From Spirochaetaceae bacterium (GTDB lineage: Bacteria; Spirochaetota; Spirochaetia; DSM-2461): a stretch of 64,000 bases of DNA. Position numbers and translations under genes: made by a program. Where the stretch lies: contig OZ245056.1 of NCBI GenBank assembly GCA_965224705.1, positions 960,001-1,024,000 on the forward strand. Reading direction: 5' to 3'. This document shows positions 61,612 to 64,000 of the stretch, piece after piece; the stretch's first letter is position 1; the number at the start of each line of letters is the position of its first letter. The notes beneath the pieces are model-generated. The model did not search any database and had not been told where the DNA came from. It saw only the letters and a list, made by a program, of their open reading frames with translations.

Positions 61612-63020
61612 TATTTCTTGGTTCTCAGAAACTCTACAGCTCGAATCAACACTCTATCATAATCCAGATCAACAACTGGAGGAGAATTGAGTCTGGAATT
61701 ATTCTCCTGTTTTATCATCCGCCGAATGCTTCTTTCGCTGAGAACAAGTCCTTCTGAATGCAGATCTCCAATCAGTGTATTGACAACTCTGGCTGATGGA
61801 TTTGGATTCCTGTCAATGAATTCTCCAATACGATTCTCCTGGAGAATTATGGTAAGAGATTCGATTTCTTCGTCTGTAAGCTCTGGTTCCTTAACAACAA
61901 TATCTGGAGTAATACCCACTTTATCGATGTTGTTTCCCGCTGGTGTATAATACCGTCCGGTAGTAAGCTTAATCGCCGCTTCATCAGATTGAAGTTGAAT
62001 GAGCTGCTGAATTGAGCCCTTTCCAAAAGTTGTTTCACCAATTATGGTTGCCCGTCCATTATCTTTGAGAGCACCGGTCAGTATTTCCGATGCTGAGGCA
62101 GAGCCTTTGTTGATGAGTACAACTATTTCCATATCCCGGGGGACAATTTTTCCCGCCTTTGCTCGATGAACCTGATTGAATTCCTTCTGGCGGTACTTTG
62201 TACTGACCACAACACCGTTCGATAGGAACAGGTCGGCAATTTCGATAACTGATTCCAGCAATCCGCCAGGATTGGACCGAACATCGATGACAAGTCGGCC
62301 AAGTCCGAGAGTAATGAAATCCTTCAGGGTACTTGCAACATTCTGTGCCGTATAAGGGGTGAATTCAATAACTCTCAGATAACCGATTTCATTATCAATG
62401 ACAGTTGATTTCACCGTTGGTATTTCAATGATCTCCCGGGTTAGAGTTACATCAAACTTGATATTTTTTCCCCGCAGAATGGTAACCGTTACTTCACTTC
62501 CAAGTACTCCCCTCAGACGGTCAGAAACATCCTGAGTCGAGAATCCTTCCGCCGATTCATTTTCTATCGCATAGATATAATCTCCAGCCTTGAGTCCAGA
62601 TTTCCAACTGGGAGTATCCTCAATAGGTGCAATAACTTTGACATAGGGTAATCGTCCATGAGGATTCTCCGGATCGTAATGATCCCGGCTGATATAGAGA
62701 CCCACGCCGCCATAGGATCCCTCAGTCGTATCCTGCATCATCCGGAGGTATTCATCATCCAGGTACAGGGAATATGGATCATTCAAGGAGGCGAACATAC
62801 CATTCATGGCACCATTAAAAAGTGTCTCCGCTTCCACTTCATCGGCATAATAGGATTGGATTGCATGCAGAGCTGTTTCCAATTCTCTGATGAACTTCTG
62901 GTTTTGATTTCGGGGAAATGATTTGGCTGAGGCTACAGGTGATAATAAAACAACGAGAAGCAGGAGCAGTAAACTGGAAGTTAAAAGAATCCAGACAATT
63001 CTTTCTTGTTTTTTATACAT
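61611..63020 (-). CDS. ctpA: S41 carboxyl-terminal processing protease
   Basis: DPYSLYL, PDZ domain, DVRSNPGGLL, SASASEI, TFGKGSIQ. Confidence 0.92.
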   Translation of the reverse strand: MYKKQERIVWILLTSSLLLLLLVVLLSPVASAKSFPRNQNQKFIRELETALHAIQSYYADEVEAETLFNGAMNGMFASLNDPYSLYLDDEYLRMMQDTTEGSYGGVGLYISRDHYDPENPHGRLPYVKVIAPIEDTPSWKSGLKAGDYIYAIENESAEGFSTQDVSDRLRGVLGSEVTVTILRGKNIKFDVTLTREIIEIPTVKSTVIDNEIGYLRVIEFTPYTAQNVASTLKDFITLGLGRLVIDVRSNPGGLLESVIEIADLFLSNGVVVSTKYRQKEFNQVHRAKAGKIVPRDMEIVVLINKGSASASEILTGALKDNGRATIIGETTFGKGSIQQLIQLQSDEAAIKLTTGRYYTPAGNNIDKVGITPDIVVKEPELTDEEIESLTIILQENRIGEFIDRNPNPSARVVNTLIGDLHSEGLVLSERSIRRMIKQENNSRLNSPPVVDLDYDRVLIRAVEFLRTKK

Positions 63021-63185
63021 ACCGTGATTTTCAACGGCACTTGTGTGCTTGTCAACAAGTAATTGCTTGACCCATGCCTGATACAGCCTTATGCTGTAAA
63101 AAATTTGAGTTGACAACCTGTCAGCCTGATGGCTTCCATGGGTTCTTCTGGCACTGAACCTGTGTTTCCAGAATCGGGGGATTGA

Positions 63186-64000
63186 ATGCAGATTATTGCG
63201 GTTGCCAGTGGTAAGGGAGGGGTAGGGAAATCCTTGATCTCTGCCAATTTAGCCATTGCACTTGCACAGAAGGATAAAAATACTGTTCTTGCCGACCTTG
63301 ACCTGGGTGGTTCCAACCTACACCTTGTTCTTGGTGAGAAGGCAGGAACAAAAGGCATTGGAACCTTCCTTAACAACAGTAAGACCTCCATTGAATCCAT
63401 ACATTATCCCACTTCCTGGAAAAATCTGAAGTTCATCCCTGGTGAAGCAGAACTTCCAGGTGTTGCCAATATAACGGCCTCGACTAAAAAGCGACTCTTA
63501 CGATCATTGAACAGTCTGGATGCTGACTTCCTTATCCTTGATCTGGGTGCTGGAACGAGTTTCAATACAATTGATTTATTCCTGCTCTCGGGTTGCGGTA
63601 TGCTTATCTCAACCCCAACCTATACGGCCACACTCAATGCCTACCTATTCCTAAAAAATGCAATCTTCAGAGTCTTAACAGGAACATACAGTAAACAGTC
63701 TCCTGTTCACGCATATATGGAAAAACTCCGTAAGGATGGAACATCTTTACAGCGGGTTTATCTGAATCAACTTCTTGATTTGATAAAGCAAATGGATGCT
63801 GAGGCGTATGAAAACTACAGGGAGAAAATCTCACATTTCAGACCAAGGCTGATTATGAACATGCTGGATGACCCTGGAGACATCTCCCGCAGTCAAAGAT
63901 TGCGTATATCATCGCGGGAATATCTGGGCGTTACCATGGACAGTCTGGGTGTGATATACAGGGACAAGATGCAGGATGCAGCGCAACGTTCCAGATTGCC
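63186..64000 (+). CDS. MinD/ParA family P-loop ATPase (runs off the window)
   Basis: MQIIAVASGKGGVGKS...ADLDLGGSNLH, ILDLGAGT; open to the window end. Confidence 0.88.
   Translation, partial: MQIIAVASGKGGVGKSLISANLAIALAQKDKNTVLADLDLGGSNLHLVLGEKAGTKGIGTFLNNSKTSIESIHYPTSWKNLKFIPGEAELPGVANITASTKKRLLRSLNSLDADFLILDLGAGTSFNTIDLFLLSGCGMLISTPTYTATLNAYLFLKNAIFRVLTGTYSKQSPVHAYMEKLRKDGTSLQRVYLNQLLDLIKQMDAEAYENYREKISHFRPRLIMNMLDDPGDISRSQRLRISSREYLGVTMDSLGVIYRDKMQDAAQRSRL

Overview
64-kb window, most likely from a spirochaete chromosome. This is inferred from the ctpA / WecB-like / MinD-like core block at 60.3-64 kb and from spirochaete-type lipoproteins. Most of the window is an unstable accessory region. 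(1) A degenerate diversity-generating retroelement (DGR) lies on the minus strand at 45.5-49.9 kb. It has a lipoprotein target with a C-terminal variable repeat (VR), a downstream hairpin, an avd split by IS1380, a template repeat (TR) differing from VR almost only at adenines, and only a ~120-bp remnant of the reverse transcriptase. (2) Two tandem arrays of Rpn/PD-(D/E)XK-like genes (0.9-4.5 kb and 37.3-44.9 kb) contain three unrelated N-terminal families that share one shuffled C-terminal tail. Each full-length copy has a strong internal ribosome-binding site, as expected for Rpn_S-type intragenic antitoxins. (3) A GxxExxY gene sits in kilobases of hairpin repeats partly built from its own 3' end. 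(4) A dispersed gene set resembles the 3,6-anhydro-L-galactose (agarose) catabolic pathway. It is interrupted by an ~11-kb TRAP/catabolic island bounded by a duplicated kdgK 3' end. (5) There are two IS1380 copies, two MITE families sharing an internal core, an inactivated restriction endonuclease beside an intact MT-A70 methyltransferase, an attC-like cassette and many pseudogenes. No rRNA, tRNA or CRISPR array was recognised. All family assignments come from motif recognition by eye, not from database searches.
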